Numbered from the stretch's first letter, positions 27,734-39,955 are shown. The stretch is DNA of 60,079 nt from Bacilli bacterium (GCA_036653735.1 JAVVTI010000002.1:1-60079), one strand, 5' to 3'. Notes: a model not told the origin generated them from the sequence alone. Program-made: numbers and translations.

Positions 27734-28144
27734 TTATTTAGGTCTTTTTGCACCATATTTACTTCTACCTTGACGTCTAGCATCAACTCCAGCAGTATCT
27801 AACGCACCACGTACAATATGATAACGACAACCAATAAGGTCTTTTACTCTACCACCACGAATTAAAACAACACTATGTTCTTGTAAATTATGTCCTTCAC
27901 CTGGTATATAACAAGTAACTTCTAAACCATTGCTTAACTTAACACGAGCATATTTTCTAAGTGCTGAGTTTGGTTTCTTTGGTGTCTTAGTAGCAACACG
28001 AGTACATACTCCTCTTTTTTGAGGTGAATTATAAGTAGTCTTACTTCTATCTTTAGAATTTACTCCTATTCCAAGAACTGGACTCTTACTATTTCTTTTC
28101 TTTTGGCCTCTTTTATTTCTAATCAATTGATTAATTGTAGGCAT
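27734..28144 (-). CDS. rpsL: 30S ribosomal protein S12
   Basis: MPTINQLIR.., [21 protein letters not shown]. The ATG at 28144 has an AAAGGAG RBS. Confidence 0.95.
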   Translation of the reverse strand: MPTINQLIRNKRGQKKRNSKSPVLGIGVNSKDRSKTTYNSPQKRGVCTRVATKTPKKPNSALRKYARVKLSNGLEVTCYIPGEGHNLQEHSVVLIRGGRVKDLIGCRYHIVRGALDTAGVDARRQGRSKYGAKRPK

Positions 28145-28235
28145 ATGTTTCTCCTTTCTAATACACACTTCCAGGTGTATCATATCTTATAATATAATTA
28201 AGCATTCACAAACAGGAATGCTCAAATATGAATTA

Positions 28236-28264
28236 ATAATACATCAAAAACACTCCATTGTCAA
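28236..28264 (-). promoter_or_regulatory. Sigma-A-type promoter for the rpsL-rpsG-fusA(-tuf) operon
   Basis: Minus strand reads TTGACA, a 17-nt spacer, then TATTAT. A 7-bp hairpin (agcattc/gaatgct, 28201-28222) lies in the leader. Confidence 0.5.
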
Positions 28265-28312
28265 GCAATATTTTTACTATTTATATATTATTCCTAAAAC
28301 TTATTTTAATGA

Positions 28313-28726
28313 TTACTCTACGTTATTATTATAACCATTACTAATGAAATCTTTACATTTTACATAAGGGTTGTATTTAAGAAACATATCATTAGTAACC
28401 TCTACATAACCTTCACATGCTTTATTATTGTCATCTACTAATTTATTAATATAACCTTTTGATTCTAGAACCTTGCTATTAATTATGATGGACTTCTTCA
28501 CAATGTCATCCATATCGTTCTTAATATATTTCTTAGCACCTTTTTCTAAATCATTAAGCATATTTTTATAAACACTACTAATAACAATATCAGTATTTCC
28601 ATTTACATTATTTTTTTTATATAAACCTAGTACTGTTATTAAAATAATAGATGAAATTAAACAAAATATAAAAACGCATATAAATATTATTTCAGACTGA
28701 AGACCCCAACCATTTTTATTATTCAT
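28313..28726 (-). CDS. Pilin-like paralog with a degenerate class III signal (membrane-anchored)
   Basis: The C-terminal half VLESKGYINKLVDDNNKACEGYVEV...YVKCKDF aligns with LLEKAEYLKDLVFKGNDCVGNIVF...NMQCGDF of the 185-565 pilin. In the N-terminus KNGWGLQSEIIFICV the Glu is one position out of register. Confidence 0.5.
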   Translation of the reverse strand: MNNKNGWGLQSEIIFICVFIFCLISSIILITVLGLYKKNNVNGNTDIVISSVYKNMLNDLEKGAKKYIKNDMDDIVKKSIIINSKVLESKGYINKLVDDNNKACEGYVEVTNDMFLKYNPYVKCKDFISNGYNNNVE

Positions 28727-28844
28727 TTCTAATCACCTTCTTAATTATATATTATTAAGCCTTTCTTTACAAGTATAAACGTATAAATAGAAATGTAATT
28801 ATTTATTTATAAGTTTATATAAATATTTTATTTATAATAATAAT

Positions 28845-29915
28845 TTATTTTAATATATTAGTATTATATATTAGAGTACTATAAAGAAATAATACATCTT
28901 GATTATTAAAATCAATATATTTATTAAGTAAATCACTATTAATATATCTTATATCAATTAATATAATTTTCCTATAAAAAGGAATGAGTAATGGAGCAAT
29001 ACTACTACCAAATGAATCTCTAAATATAACAAGTTCCTTATTATTATAAGCATTGTTATTAGAGATTTCTTCGTATGCACTACTACCACTTAAAAATACA
29101 TCATATGGGTCTATTCCCATTAGTTTATTTTCATTATATACTTTATCATATGTACTTTCAATATTATATAAAGAGGCTTCATCAAGTATTTTATTATTAT
29201 AATAAGATAAACTTTCACAAGGAATATTACTTGCTGCTTGATTATGAAAAGAACCACAAAAATTATTAAAAACATTTTTATTATATTTAAAATCATAATA
29301 ATCATTATTCATATCATTTAGTAATACTTTAACTACTTTTGATAATTTATCTTGTTTCCAGTGAGGATCAGTTAAATAATAATCATCAAGAGAAAGTACA
29401 TTAGAAATATCTATATAATTAAAGTTACTTAATCCTTTATTTATTTCTAAAAACATTTTATCATAGTCTATTTTTAAATATTTATCATTTACAAAATAGT
29501 TTTTATCAGGAATAATAGAATAATATACTTTATTATTCATTAAATATTTATTATATATACTATTTAATTTATTATTATTAATTCTTATAGCATTACTATT
29601 AAGAGGATATTCAATCTTAAATATATTATTATTTATTTCATACATATTATTAAAATCATAATTATTTAAAATCTTTGTACTAAAAAAGGATTTAACTTCT
29701 CTAAATTTATTTCTATATACCATTTGATCTGTTGAGTATTCATCCACTTCCTTAAAAAAACTACTATCTAATAATGATTTAATAGTTACTTTAGGAAATT
29801 GTTTTAATTTTCTTCTTTCAGACAAAGAAATATCACTATCCTTAGTAATAAAATTAAGGATTAAAAATACAAACAATATAAATACAAAAATTATTGATAA
29901 TATCTTATTTTTCAA
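28845..29915 (-). CDS. DHHW-family (AlgX/AlgJ/DltD-like) extracytoplasmic acyltransferase partner protein
   Basis: An N-terminal signal anchor, an LTDPHWKQD motif (DHHW variant), and a position immediately downstream of an MBOAT gene. Confidence 0.65.
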   Translation of the reverse strand: MKNKILSIIFVFILFVFLILNFITKDSDISLSERRKLKQFPKVTIKSLLDSSFFKEVDEYSTDQMVYRNKFREVKSFFSTKILNNYDFNNMYEINNNIFKIEYPLNSNAIRINNNKLNSIYNKYLMNNKVYYSIIPDKNYFVNDKYLKIDYDKMFLEINKGLSNFNYIDISNVLSLDDYYLTDPHWKQDKLSKVVKVLLNDMNNDYYDFKYNKNVFNNFCGSFHNQAASNIPCESLSYYNNKILDEASLYNIESTYDKVYNENKLMGIDPYDVFLSGSSAYEEISNNNAYNNKELVIFRDSFGSSIAPLLIPFYRKIILIDIRYINSDLLNKYIDFNNQDVLFLYSTLIYNTNILK

Positions 29916-29925
29916 ACTTAACCTC

Positions 29926-31323
29926 CTAAAATCTAAAATATAAAAACGGATTAAAAGTAGAGTCTACTAAATACGAAACAACTATAATAAATAATATAAT
30001 AAGTATAATTATTTCTAAAGTTTCATATATCTTATTAAACTTTTTACTAGATTTAATTTTAATACATAAGTTATTTAATAAAGGTAAACATCCTACTACA
30101 GAAATAGCCAATAAGACAAAGTAACTCTTAAAGTAATAAATGCTTTCTTCATTAATAAGTGGTATATCACGCATAAAAAACATACTTTTTAAATTAATAA
30201 TTATTTCACTTATACTTGATGAATTAAATATAACAAAACTTATTAGAACAATTAATAAAGTATATATATGATTAATTATCTTTTTATTTTCAAACCATTT
30301 ACCCCATAATGTTTTTTCTAATAGTAAGAATGTAGCAAAGAAAAGTCCCCAGATTATAAAGTTCCATGAAGCTCCATGCCAAGCCCCGGTTAAGGCCCAA
30401 ACTATTATAATATTTCTAATCCATTTTACTTTGCTACACCTATTACCTCCTAAAGGAAAATAAATATAATCTCTAAAGAAACTAGATAATGATATATGCC
30501 ATCTTCTCCAAAAATCTGTAACACTTTTAGCAATATATGGGTAATTAAAATTTTCTAAAAACTTAAATCCAAACATCCTACCCATTCCAATAGCCATATC
30601 ACTATAACCTGAGAAATCAAAGTATATTTGAAGTGCAAAAGAAATAGATACTATCCAAAACTGGAGTACACTTTCATTTCCTTTATTAAGTAATTCAATA
30701 AGTAATCCTAAATTATTAGCAAGTATTACTTTTTTAGAAAGACCTATAATAAATCTTTTAATACCATAAGCAAAATTTTCAAAAGAAATATCTTTCTTCT
30801 TTAGTTCAGACTTAATAGTAACATATCTTACTATAGGACCAGCTACTAGCTGAGGAAATAATGTAACATATGTAGTAAAATCTATAAAGCTTTTATCTGC
30901 TTTTACTGCACCTTTATATACATCTATTACATAACTAAGTATTTGAAATGTAAAAAAGCTTATACCAAGAGGCATTATTATATTTCTTAAACTAATATTA
31001 AAACTAAAAATACTATTAATATTTTCTATAAAGAAATTAGTATATTTAAAGTATATAAGAAGACCTATATTAAATATTAATGAAATAATAAAATATACTT
31101 TCTTTTTCTTATTTAGTTTATTTTTTTCTATTAATAATGCTACAAGATAATTTACTATGCATGAAAAAATAAGTAATAAAACATATATTCCTTCTCCCCA
31201 AAAATAAAAAAATAAACTAAATATTAATAAAGTTATATTTTTAAATTTTTTAGGTACTAAAAAATATACTAAAATTACAGTAGGAAGAAATATAAATAAA
31301 AATGATATACTAGAAAATAGCAT
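29926..31323 (-). CDS. MBOAT family membrane-bound O-acyltransferase (AlgI/DltB/PatA-like)
   Basis: Polytopic. WRRWHISLSSFFRDYIYFPLGGNR contains the conserved MBOAT His. 465 aa. Confidence 0.9.
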   Translation of the reverse strand: MLFSSISFLFIFLPTVILVYFLVPKKFKNITLLIFSLFFYFWGEGIYVLLLIFSCIVNYLVALLIEKNKLNKKKKVYFIISLIFNIGLLIYFKYTNFFIENINSIFSFNISLRNIIMPLGISFFTFQILSYVIDVYKGAVKADKSFIDFTTYVTLFPQLVAGPIVRYVTIKSELKKKDISFENFAYGIKRFIIGLSKKVILANNLGLLIELLNKGNESVLQFWIVSISFALQIYFDFSGYSDMAIGMGRMFGFKFLENFNYPYIAKSVTDFWRRWHISLSSFFRDYIYFPLGGNRCSKVKWIRNIIIVWALTGAWHGASWNFIIWGLFFATFLLLEKTLWGKWFENKKIINHIYTLLIVLISFVIFNSSSISEIIINLKSMFFMRDIPLINEESIYYFKSYFVLLAISVVGCLPLLNNLCIKIKSSKKFNKIYETLEIIILIILFIIVVSYLVDSTFNPFLYFRF

Positions 31324-31334
31324 AATTAATTTCC

Positions 31335-31799
31335 TTACTTAATCTTATTAAAATTATTTAATAGTTCTTTACTAAACTCATTATCCATAATAAGAATAAC
31401 TAGATTTCCTGAACTTTCTACTAAAACATTTTCCTCTTCAACTCCAACGCATATCCATTTTCTTGGGTTTACACTAGCTTTAATATCTTTTTTTAGTTTT
31501 AGAATATCTTGATCTTTTTTAGCTCTTAAGAGTACAACTGAGTGTGGAATAGATCCTACACCTGACTCACTAGCTAAAGCACTTTCAAACTCTATCTTAT
31601 CAGTGCCTAAATACTGACTAGCATTTTCTTTAGTTACCACAGTATTCATAAGCATCATAGGTTTCTCATCATCTTTAAGTGAAGAATAAACTTTAGTCAT
31701 TAAATCAGGTAATGTACCTTCAATATTCTTAACCTTTCCACAACCACTTAAAATAAATAGTCCACTAATAATACTAATTAAAATAATAATTTTTTTCAT
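31335..31799 (-). CDS. Lipoprotein (DUF4358-like), first gene of the MBOAT module
   Basis: Lipobox ILSGC. The size and pattern (..SIPHSVVLLRAK..LV.LIM..) resemble the DUF4358 proteins that accompany MBOAT/DHHW pairs (recollection). Confidence 0.5.
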   Translation of the reverse strand: MKKIIILISIISGLFILSGCGKVKNIEGTLPDLMTKVYSSLKDDEKPMMLMNTVVTKENASQYLGTDKIEFESALASESGVGSIPHSVVLLRAKKDQDILKLKKDIKASVNPRKWICVGVEEENVLVESSGNLVILIMDNEFSKELLNNFNKIK

Positions 31800-31889
31800 A
31801 AAATCTCCTTTTCTTTATAAAGTATATCATAACCAACTATATAAAACAATTATATTTTTCTCCTGTTTACTTATAGAATTATTATATAA

Positions 31890-31920
31890 TAAAAAAGAAC
31901 AAAATAGTAATTTTGTTCTC
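31890..31920 (-). terminator. Intrinsic terminator after rpoC
   Basis: Minus strand reads gaacaaaa-ttacta-ttttgttc followed by tttttt. Confidence 0.75.
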
Positions 31921-31927
31921 TTTATAT

Positions 31928-34900
31928 TTAACTTTCTAAGAATGTTTCTTCTAGTACTTCAGATGAATCACCACTAAGTAATTCTTTTTCAAGTTCTAAT
32001 TCAAGATTAGAATATTGTTTTAAACCAGTACCAGATGGTATAAGTTTACCTAGAATAACATTTTCTTTAAGTCCGCATAAGTTATCTACTTTACCTCTAA
32101 CAGATGCATCTGTTAAAATTCTAGTAGTTTCTTGGAACGATGCTGCTGATAAGAATGAATCAGTTTCTAAAGATGCCTTAGTAATACCAAGCATAATTAC
32201 TTGTCCCTTAGCAGGTACTTTACCAGCTAAAATAATAGGTTTATTAGCTTCTGTAAAGTCTCTTAAATAAACTGCTAATCCTTCAATAAACTCAGTATCT
32301 CCAGGATCTAAGATTCTTATCTTTTGAATCATTCTCTTAACAACTGCTTCAATATGTTTATCTGCCACATCAACACCTTGAGATTTATATACTTTTTGTA
32401 TTTCTTTAAGTATATATTCTTGAGCAGTAAGTGGATCAGTTACAGCTAAAAGTTCTTTAGGAGCAACACTTCCCTCTGTAAGAGCTTCTCCAGCTATTAC
32501 TTTGTCTTTAAGCGAAACCTTAACTCTAGAATTATAAAGTGTAACATGTTCTCTAGTTTCAATATCATTAGTAACATAGATAATATGTTTACCTTTTTCT
32601 TCTTCTATTTTAGTAACTACACCATTTATTTCTGAAATAGTTGCTTTAGCTTTAGGAGTTCTTGCTTCAAATAATTCTTCAACACGTGGAAGTCCAAGAG
32701 TAATATCTCCTCCTCCAGCAACTCCACCAGTATGGAACGTTCTCATAGTAAGCTGAGTACCAGGTTCTCCAATACTTTGAGCTGCCATTATTCCTACAGC
32801 TTCTCCTACTTCAACAATATTACCTGTTGCTAAGTTAGTTCCATAACATTTCTTACATAAACCTTTATGAGTTTTACAAGTAAGAATACTTCTTATTTCA
32901 AGTTTTGTAATTCCAGCTTTAACAATTCTTTCTGCAATAGCTTCAGTTACAAGTTCACCCTTTTCAATTATAGTTTCTTTAGTCTTAGGATCAACTACTT
33001 TTTGATTAGTAAATCTTCCTATAATTCTTTCATCAAAGTTTTCAATCTTAGCACCACTATTTTCATCAACAAAAGCTTCTATTGTAAGACCAGCTATAGT
33101 ACCACAATCTTCTTCTTTAATAATTAAATCTTGTACTACATCAACAAGTCTTCTAGTTAAATATCCAGCATTAGCAGTTTTTAATGCAGTATCTGCTGTT
33201 CCTTTTCTAGAACCATGTGTAGATAAGAAGAATTCTTGTACATCTAGTCCTTCTTTAAAGGAAGCAAGTATAGGTATTTCAACAGGAGTACCATCAGGTT
33301 TACTCATTATTCCACGCATACCTGATAATTGTACTAACTGAGTTTTATTACCTCTAGCTTTTGAAGTAAGAATCATAGAAAGTGGATTACTTAGATTCTT
33401 TCCAGCTAAATCAACAAGATCATCTTGTACTTTATCTCTAGCTTCAAACCATAATTTAACTATTTTTCCATGACGTTCTTCATCAGTTATTAAACCACGT
33501 TTAAACTGTTTATTAATTTGATCAACAGTCTTTTGAGTCTCTGCTATAATTATAGGCTTCTTCTCACTAATTATAATATCAGCTAATGAAAATGTAATAC
33601 CAGCTACAGTAGAATACTTAAAGCCAAGATTTTTAAGTTTATCAAGCATAATAGAAGTCTCAGTTGTCTTATATCTTTTAAATACTTGAGCTATTACTTT
33701 TTCTAAATCTCCTTTAATAAATGCTACAGTAGGTTCTCTCTTAGCAACTTCCTGTACTAAATTTAATCCTTTTTCTATAAAGAATTTATCAGGAGTAACT
33801 CCTTCTAGGTTTTCTTTAGTAGCTTCATTTATATAAGGATAACTATCAGGAAGTATTTCATTAAACTTAATCTTACCAACAGTAGTAACTAAATACTTAT
33901 CCTTTTGTTCTTCTATAAATACTTTATGAGTAAAACTTGATACTGGGATACATATTCTAGTATGAAGAGTTATCTCTTTTCTTTCATATGCCATTAAAGC
34001 TTCATTTTCATTTTTATAAGCTTTTCCTTCATGTTCTTCTCCAGGAGTTTCTATAGTTAAATAATAGTTTCCTAGTACCATGTCTTGAGATGGAGTTACA
34101 ATAGGTTTACCATCTTTAGGACTAAGAATATTATTAGCTCCGAGCATAAGAATTCTAGCTTCACTTTGTGCTTCAGCAGAAAGTGGTACATGAACTGCCA
34201 TTTGATCTCCATCAAAATCAGCATTAAATGCTGTACAAACAAGAGGATGTAATCTTATAGCTTTACCACTTACAAGTCTAGGTTCAAAAGCTTGTATACC
34301 AAGTCTATGAAGTGTAGGAGCACGGTTTAGTAGTACAGGATGTTCTTTAATAACATTCTCTACAATATCCCAAACTCTCTCATCTTGTGCATCAATTAAT
34401 TTCTTAGCACCTTTTATATTATGAGCAAGTTCTTGCTCTACAATATCATGTATTACATAAGGTTTAAATAACTCTAAGGCCATATCCTTAGGTATACCAC
34501 ACTCACTCATCTTAAGGTTAGGTCCTACTACTATAACAGATCTACCACTATAGTCAACTCTCTTACCAAGTAAGTTTTGTCTAAAACGACCTTGTTTTCC
34601 CTTTAGCATAGAACTTAAACTTTTTAATGCTCTAGCTCCACTTCCTTGAACACTTCTTCCTCTTCTACCATTATCAATTAAAGCATCAACTGCTTCTTGA
34701 AGCATACGTTTTTCATTTTGTACTATTATAGTAGGAGCTCCAAGTTCTAAAAGTTTCTTTAAACGATTATTTCTATTAATAATTCTTCTATATAAATCAT
34801 TTAAATCACTAGTAGCAAATCTTCCACCAGGAAGTTGTATCATAGGTCTTAACTCTGGGGGTATAACAGGTAAAGCAGATATAATCATCCACTCTGGTCT

Positions 34901-35563
34901 ATTACCACTTTGTATAAATGAAGATACACAGTCTAATCTTTTAACAAGTCTAATCTTCTTTTGACCAGTAGCAGTTTCCATATCTTTTCTTATTTGTTCT
35001 TCATCATGTTCTAGGTTTACTTCTCTAAGAAGTATCTCTATTGCTTCAGCACCCATACCTACAGAGAATGCATTACCATACTTTTCATAGTATGACCTAT
35101 ATTCTTTATCAGATAAAGTTTGTTTCTTTTCAAGAGGAGCAGTTCCTGGATCTATTACAATATAACTTACAAAATAAAGTACTTCCTCTAGATCACGAGG
35201 AGACATATCAAGAATAAGACCTATTTTAGGAGGTACACCTTTAGCATACCAAATATGAGAAACAGGAGTTGCAAGTTCTATATGACCCATTCTTTCTCTT
35301 CTTACTTTAGAACGAGTTACTTCAACTCCACACTTATCACATACAACATTTTTATATCTTAAACGTTTATATTTACCACAAGAACACTCAAAATCCTTAG
35401 TAGGACCAAATATTTTTTCACAAAATAATCCATCTCTTTCAGGTTTTAATGTCCTATAATTTATAGTTTCTGGTTTTTTAACTTCACCATAACTCCATGA
35501 TCTTATTTTCTCAGGAGAAGCAATTCCAATACGAATTCCTTCGAACATATTGACTTCCATCAT
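31928..35563 (-). CDS. rpoC: DNA-directed RNA polymerase subunit beta-prime
   Basis: [12 protein letters not shown] catalytic motif and a Zn-binding CSCGKY..C..CGVE. 1211 aa. The start overlaps the rpoB stop (TAATG). Confidence 0.97.
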   Translation of the reverse strand: MMEVNMFEGIRIGIASPEKIRSWSYGEVKKPETINYRTLKPERDGLFCEKIFGPTKDFECSCGKYKRLRYKNVVCDKCGVEVTRSKVRRERMGHIELATPVSHIWYAKGVPPKIGLILDMSPRDLEEVLYFVSYIVIDPGTAPLEKKQTLSDKEYRSYYEKYGNAFSVGMGAEAIEILLREVNLEHDEEQIRKDMETATGQKKIRLVKRLDCVSSFIQSGNRPEWMIISALPVIPPELRPMIQLPGGRFATSDLNDLYRRIINRNNRLKKLLELGAPTIIVQNEKRMLQEAVDALIDNGRRGRSVQGSGARALKSLSSMLKGKQGRFRQNLLGKRVDYSGRSVIVVGPNLKMSECGIPKDMALELFKPYVIHDIVEQELAHNIKGAKKLIDAQDERVWDIVENVIKEHPVLLNRAPTLHRLGIQAFEPRLVSGKAIRLHPLVCTAFNADFDGDQMAVHVPLSAEAQSEARILMLGANNILSPKDGKPIVTPSQDMVLGNYYLTIETPGEEHEGKAYKNENEALMAYERKEITLHTRICIPVSSFTHKVFIEEQKDKYLVTTVGKIKFNEILPDSYPYINEATKENLEGVTPDKFFIEKGLNLVQEVAKREPTVAFIKGDLEKVIAQVFKRYKTTETSIMLDKLKNLGFKYSTVAGITFSLADIIISEKKPIIIAETQKTVDQINKQFKRGLITDEERHGKIVKLWFEARDKVQDDLVDLAGKNLSNPLSMILTSKARGNKTQLVQLSGMRGIMSKPDGTPVEIPILASFKEGLDVQEFFLSTHGSRKGTADTALKTANAGYLTRRLVDVVQDLIIKEEDCGTIAGLTIEAFVDENSGAKIENFDERIIGRFTNQKVVDPKTKETIIEKGELVTEAIAERIVKAGITKLEIRSILTCKTHKGLCKKCYGTNLATGNIVEVGEAVGIMAAQSIGEPGTQLTMRTFHTGGVAGGGDITLGLPRVEELFEARTPKAKATISEINGVVTKIEEEKGKHIIYVTNDIETREHVTLYNSRVKVSLKDKVIAGEALTEGSVAPKELLAVTDPLTAQEYILKEIQKVYKSQGVDVADKHIEAVVKRMIQKIRILDPGDTEFIEGLAVYLRDFTEANKPIILAGKVPAKGQVIMLGITKASLETDSFLSAASFQETTRILTDASVRGKVDNLCGLKENVILGKLIPSGTGLKQYSNLELELEKELLSGDSSEVLEETFLES

Positions 35564-38500
35564 TATTCTTCACTCCCTTCTTCATCTTCTAAATCAAGCA
35601 ACTCTTCTTCCATAAATTCTTCTTCTAAATTATTATCAAGTTCATCATCTTCTAGTAGTTCTTCATCTATAGTTTCATTATCTATTTTTTCTTCTATTAT
35701 GTTTTCTAAAGTACTATCAATAATCTTAGAAATTTTCTTTATAGGAGTCTTTTCTATAGTTTCTTCAGTAGTTTCTACTTTTTCTTTAATATTACCAATT
35801 TCATCTATAGTAACAGGAAGATCTTCATCATCTTCTTCTTCCTCAAGTTCTTTAAGTTCCTTAATTCCTTTATTAGTAAGTATAGATATATCTAAGCCTA
35901 ATGCTTGGAATTCTTTAATAAGTACTCTAAAACTCTCTGGTACTCCGGCATCTCCTATTGGTTTACCTTTTACAATAGATTCATATACTCTAACTCTTCC
36001 TATAACATCATCTGATTTAATAGTAAGAACTTCTTGTAATATATGAGCAGCTCCATAAGCATATAAAGCCCATACTTCCATTTCACCAAATCTTTGTCCA
36101 CCAAATTGTGCTTTTCCACCTAGAGGTTGTTGTGTTACAAGTGAGTAAGGTCCTGTTGCTCTAGCATGAAGTTTATCATCAACCATATGTATAAGTCTTA
36201 TCATATACATAACACCAACAGCAACTCTCATATCAAATGCATCACCTGTTTTACCATCATATAATACTGTTTTATAATCAGCATCAAGTCCAGCTTCTGC
36301 AGTCATATCAATTAAATCTTTTTCAGTAGCACTATCAAATACTGGCGTTGCAATATGTACATTTAACGATTTAGCAGCCATACCTAAATGTATTTCAAGT
36401 ATTTGTCCTAAATTCATACGTGATGGAACACCTAGTGGATTAAGCATAATATCTACTGGAGTACCATCTGGTAAATATGGCATATCTTCTTGAGGAAGTA
36501 TTAGAGAAACAACTCCTTTATTTCCATAACGACCAGCCATCTTATCTCCAACTTGCATCTTTCTCTTCTTTATAATATATACTCTTACTAACTTAGTAAC
36601 TCCCACTGGAAGTTCATCAGAGTTTTCTTTAGTAAATATTTGTACATCATGAACAACTCCACCACTACCATGGGCAACTCTTAAAGAAGTATCTCTTACT
36701 TCACGAGTCTTTTCACCAAATATAGCATGTAATAATTTTTCTTCACTAGTAAGTTCTTGCATTCCTTTAGGGGTAACTTTACCTACTAATATATCATTTT
36801 CTTTTACCTCAGTACCTATGCGTACTATACCATTTTCATCTAAGTTTTTACGAGCATCTTCACTTACATTAGGAATATCTCTAGTAAACTCTTCAGGTCC
36901 TAGCTTAGTATCTCTACATTCAGTTGCAGCATCTTCTATATGTAATGAAGTAAATACATCATCTTTAACTATTCTTTCATTAAGTATTACAGCATCTTCA
37001 TAGTTATATCCATTATATGTCATAAAGGCTACTACTACATTTTTACCAAGAGCAAGTTCACCTAAATCAGTAGAAGGACCATCTGCAATAGTTTGACCTA
37101 TTTTTACTTTGTCTCCTTTTTTAACAATTGGTCTTTGATTATAACAAGTCTCAGCATTACTTCTTTGAAAATTAAGTAAGTCATATGTTTTATCTTCTTC
37201 TTTAGAAGACACAACTATTTTCTTAGCATCAACATACTTAACTTCTCCTGCATTAGTTGCTAAAACAGTTGCACCAGTATCACGAGCAGCAGCATACTCA
37301 ACACCTGTAGCTACATAAGGAGCTTCAGGAATTAATAAAGGTACTGCTTGTCTTTGCATATTAGCACCCATTAAGGCACGATTAGCATCATTATGTTCCA
37401 AGAATGGTATTAATGATGTAGTAATGGAAACTATTTGATTAGGAGCAACATCAACATAATCAATTTTTTCCTTGCCTACTAATACATTTTCTCTTTCAAA
37501 TCTAGCAGGAACTATATCATCTATAATTTCTTTATTATCATTAACCTTTATAGTAGCTTGAGAAATACAGAAGCATTCCTCTTCATCAGCTGTCATATAT
37601 ACAACTTCATCAGTTATTCTAGCATTTACTACTTTACTATATGGTGTCATAATGAAACCATACTCATTAACTTTAGCATAAGAAGCTAAAGATGTAATAA
37701 GACCTATATTTTGTCCTTCTGGAGTTTCTATTGGACATATTCTTCCATAATGAGAACTATTAACGTCACGAACTTCCATTCCAGCTCTATCACGAGATAA
37801 ACCACCAGGCCCTAGAGCACTTAGTCTTCTCTTATCGTTAAGTTCACTTATAGGATTTATTTGATCCATAAATTTAGATAATTGACTACTACCAAAGAAT
37901 TCCTTTAAAGCAGCAGTAACTGGTCTAATATTAATTAAACTCTTAGGAGTAACAGTGTCTATTTCTTGCGTAGACATTCTCTCTCTTATAACACGCTCCA
38001 TACGAGCAACACCTATTCTAAATTGATTTTGAATAAGTTCTCCACCCTGTCTTACACGTCTATTACCTAAATGATCAATCTCATCATAAGAGCCTACTCC
38101 AAAATGAAGATTAATATAATATGAAATACTAGCATATATATCTGATATAGTTAAGCATTTAGTAGTAATACTTTGATCATTACCAATTACCTTAAGAATA
38201 GATTCATCATTATTAGAATAAACTAAAACTTCCTGAATCTTATTATAGCTATCAAGATCCTCATTAATCTTAACAGTTTTAAGTCCATAACCACTTTCAA
38301 ATATAGGTTTAAGAATTTCTAGAACATCTTTATTAACAACTGTACCCTTTTTAACTATAATTTCTTTACCTACTTTAATATTCTGTGCTAACTTATTATT
38401 AAGTAACCTATCAGTTACATTAAGTTTCTTATTAAACTTATATCTTCCTACTTTAGCTAGATCATATCTAAACTTATCAAAAAATCTTGTTACTAATTGA

Positions 38501-39258
38501 TTCTTAGATGAATCTAAAGTAGCAGGTTCTCCTGGACGAAGTTTCTCATAAATTTCTATTAAGGCTTCATCAGTATTCTTAGTACTATCTTTTTCTAGAG
38601 TATTAATTAAATATTCGCTCTCACCAAAAACCTCAAGTATATCTTCATCACTTGATAAACCTAGTGCTCTTAATAATGTAGTAATAGGAACTTTTCTAGT
38701 CCTATCTATTCTAACATAAAAAACCCCTCTAGCATCAAGCTCATACTCAAGCCAAGTACCTTTATTAGGTATTACTTCATTAGTAATAATCTCTCTACCA
38801 TTTTTATCAATTTCTCTCTTATAATAAATACTAGGAGAACGTACAAGCTGAGAATTGATTACTCTTTCTACTCCATTTATGATAAAAGAACCAGTATCAG
38901 TCATTAAAGGTAAGTCGCCTAAATAAACTTCTTGCTCTTTAACTTCACCAGTCTCATTAATGAAAAGTCTTGCTTCCACCTTAAGAGGAGCTCCATATGA
39001 AACTCTTTTCTCTTTACTTTCTTTAATAGAATATCTTGGTTCATCAAATGAATAAGAACCAAATTCAAGTGATAAAGAACCAGAAAAGCTTTCTACTGGA
39101 AAAATATCTTCAAATACTTCTTTTATTCCTTCCTCTAAAAATTTCTTATAAGAATCTTTCTGTATCTCCAAAAGATTCTTAAGTTCATAAGTGTCCTTAA
39201 TTTCAGAGAAATTTCTTCTTTCTCTATAGTCTCCAAATTTCTTTAATTTGTAAGCCAT
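35563..39258 (-). CDS. rpoB: DNA-directed RNA polymerase subunit beta
   Basis: The RRDR-equivalent [32 protein letters not shown] and the [14 protein letters not shown] motif. 1231 aa with a long acidic C-terminal tail. Confidence 0.97.
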   Translation of the reverse strand: MAYKLKKFGDYRERRNFSEIKDTYELKNLLEIQKDSYKKFLEEGIKEVFEDIFPVESFSGSLSLEFGSYSFDEPRYSIKESKEKRVSYGAPLKVEARLFINETGEVKEQEVYLGDLPLMTDTGSFIINGVERVINSQLVRSPSIYYKREIDKNGREIITNEVIPNKGTWLEYELDARGVFYVRIDRTRKVPITTLLRALGLSSDEDILEVFGESEYLINTLEKDSTKNTDEALIEIYEKLRPGEPATLDSSKNQLVTRFFDKFRYDLAKVGRYKFNKKLNVTDRLLNNKLAQNIKVGKEIIVKKGTVVNKDVLEILKPIFESGYGLKTVKINEDLDSYNKIQEVLVYSNNDESILKVIGNDQSITTKCLTISDIYASISYYINLHFGVGSYDEIDHLGNRRVRQGGELIQNQFRIGVARMERVIRERMSTQEIDTVTPKSLINIRPVTAALKEFFGSSQLSKFMDQINPISELNDKRRLSALGPGGLSRDRAGMEVRDVNSSHYGRICPIETPEGQNIGLITSLASYAKVNEYGFIMTPYSKVVNARITDEVVYMTADEEECFCISQATIKVNDNKEIIDDIVPARFERENVLVGKEKIDYVDVAPNQIVSITTSLIPFLEHNDANRALMGANMQRQAVPLLIPEAPYVATGVEYAAARDTGATVLATNAGEVKYVDAKKIVVSSKEEDKTYDLLNFQRSNAETCYNQRPIVKKGDKVKIGQTIADGPSTDLGELALGKNVVVAFMTYNGYNYEDAVILNERIVKDDVFTSLHIEDAATECRDTKLGPEEFTRDIPNVSEDARKNLDENGIVRIGTEVKENDILVGKVTPKGMQELTSEEKLLHAIFGEKTREVRDTSLRVAHGSGGVVHDVQIFTKENSDELPVGVTKLVRVYIIKKRKMQVGDKMAGRYGNKGVVSLILPQEDMPYLPDGTPVDIMLNPLGVPSRMNLGQILEIHLGMAAKSLNVHIATPVFDSATEKDLIDMTAEAGLDADYKTVLYDGKTGDAFDMRVAVGVMYMIRLIHMVDDKLHARATGPYSLVTQQPLGGKAQFGGQRFGEMEVWALYAYGAAHILQEVLTIKSDDVIGRVRVYESIVKGKPIGDAGVPESFRVLIKEFQALGLDISILTNKGIKELKELEEEEDDEDLPVTIDEIGNIKEKVETTEETIEKTPIKKISKIIDSTLENIIEEKIDNETIDEELLEDDELDNNLEEEFMEEELLDLEDEEGSEE

Positions 39259-39349
39259 TCTTTCACCCCAATTTCTAAATTTTTAAATAAATATTAATTC
39301 TAAGAATAAAACGCAGTGCAATAACTGATTTTACTACAAAACACCCTCT

Positions 39350-39955
39350 TTAGTCAAGTCTTTTCTTAGCACAAAATATAAAATATCCTTTATCTTTATA
39401 AATAAGATCAACTTTATAATAGTTTTCAAGTACTTTCTTAGTAGATAAAGCTCCTTGATCTTTTCTAATAACAAACCATACTTCACCTTCATCTGTTAAA
39501 TAATCTCTTGCTCCTACTAAAATATCTAAAACTATTTTTTTACCAGCTCTAATAGGTGGATTAGTAATAATAACATCATATTTACCAGTAACTGCCTCAT
39601 ATACATTACTAACAAATACTTTACTATTTACTTTATTTATATCAGCATTCATTTGTGCTAAATGAACACTTCTTTTATTAATATCAATTCCATCTACTTG
39701 TGAAGAAGTGATTTTACTTATAATAATACCTATAACACCATAACCACAACCTACATCAAGAATCTTTTTACTTGCAGAATTATATTTTAAATAAGTACTA
39801 ATAAGAGTTCTAGTTCCATAATCAATATAATTCTTAGAAAACACTCCATTATCACTATAAAATATAAATGATATATCATTATAAATAAACTCTATTTTTT
39901 TAAGATTACTTTTAATATCATTATTAGTAAAATAATGATCTGTAGAACCTACCAT
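39350..39955 (-). CDS. Class I SAM-dependent methyltransferase (RsmC / B. subtilis YbxB-like)
   Basis: ILDVGCGYGVIG (SAM motif I) and ITNPPIRAGK (N-methyltransferase NPPxxxG motif). It occupies the same position between rplL and rpoB as ybxB in Bacillus. Confidence 0.75.
   Translation of the reverse strand: MVGSTDHYFTNNDIKSNLKKIEFIYNDISFIFYSDNGVFSKNYIDYGTRTLISTYLKYNSASKKILDVGCGYGVIGIIISKITSSQVDGIDINKRSVHLAQMNADINKVNSKVFVSNVYEAVTGKYDVIITNPPIRAGKKIVLDILVGARDYLTDEGEVWFVIRKDQGALSTKKVLENYYKVDLIYKDKGYFIFCAKKRLD

Noticed and set aside
35566-35940. Long acidic C-terminal tail of RpoB as a novelty.
   Set aside because: B. subtilis and other Bacillota RpoB proteins also end in an acidic tail after the ..FRVLIKE.Q.LG.D.. 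motif. This one is longer (about 110 aa) but is probably just compositional expansion, so it is not reported as a finding.
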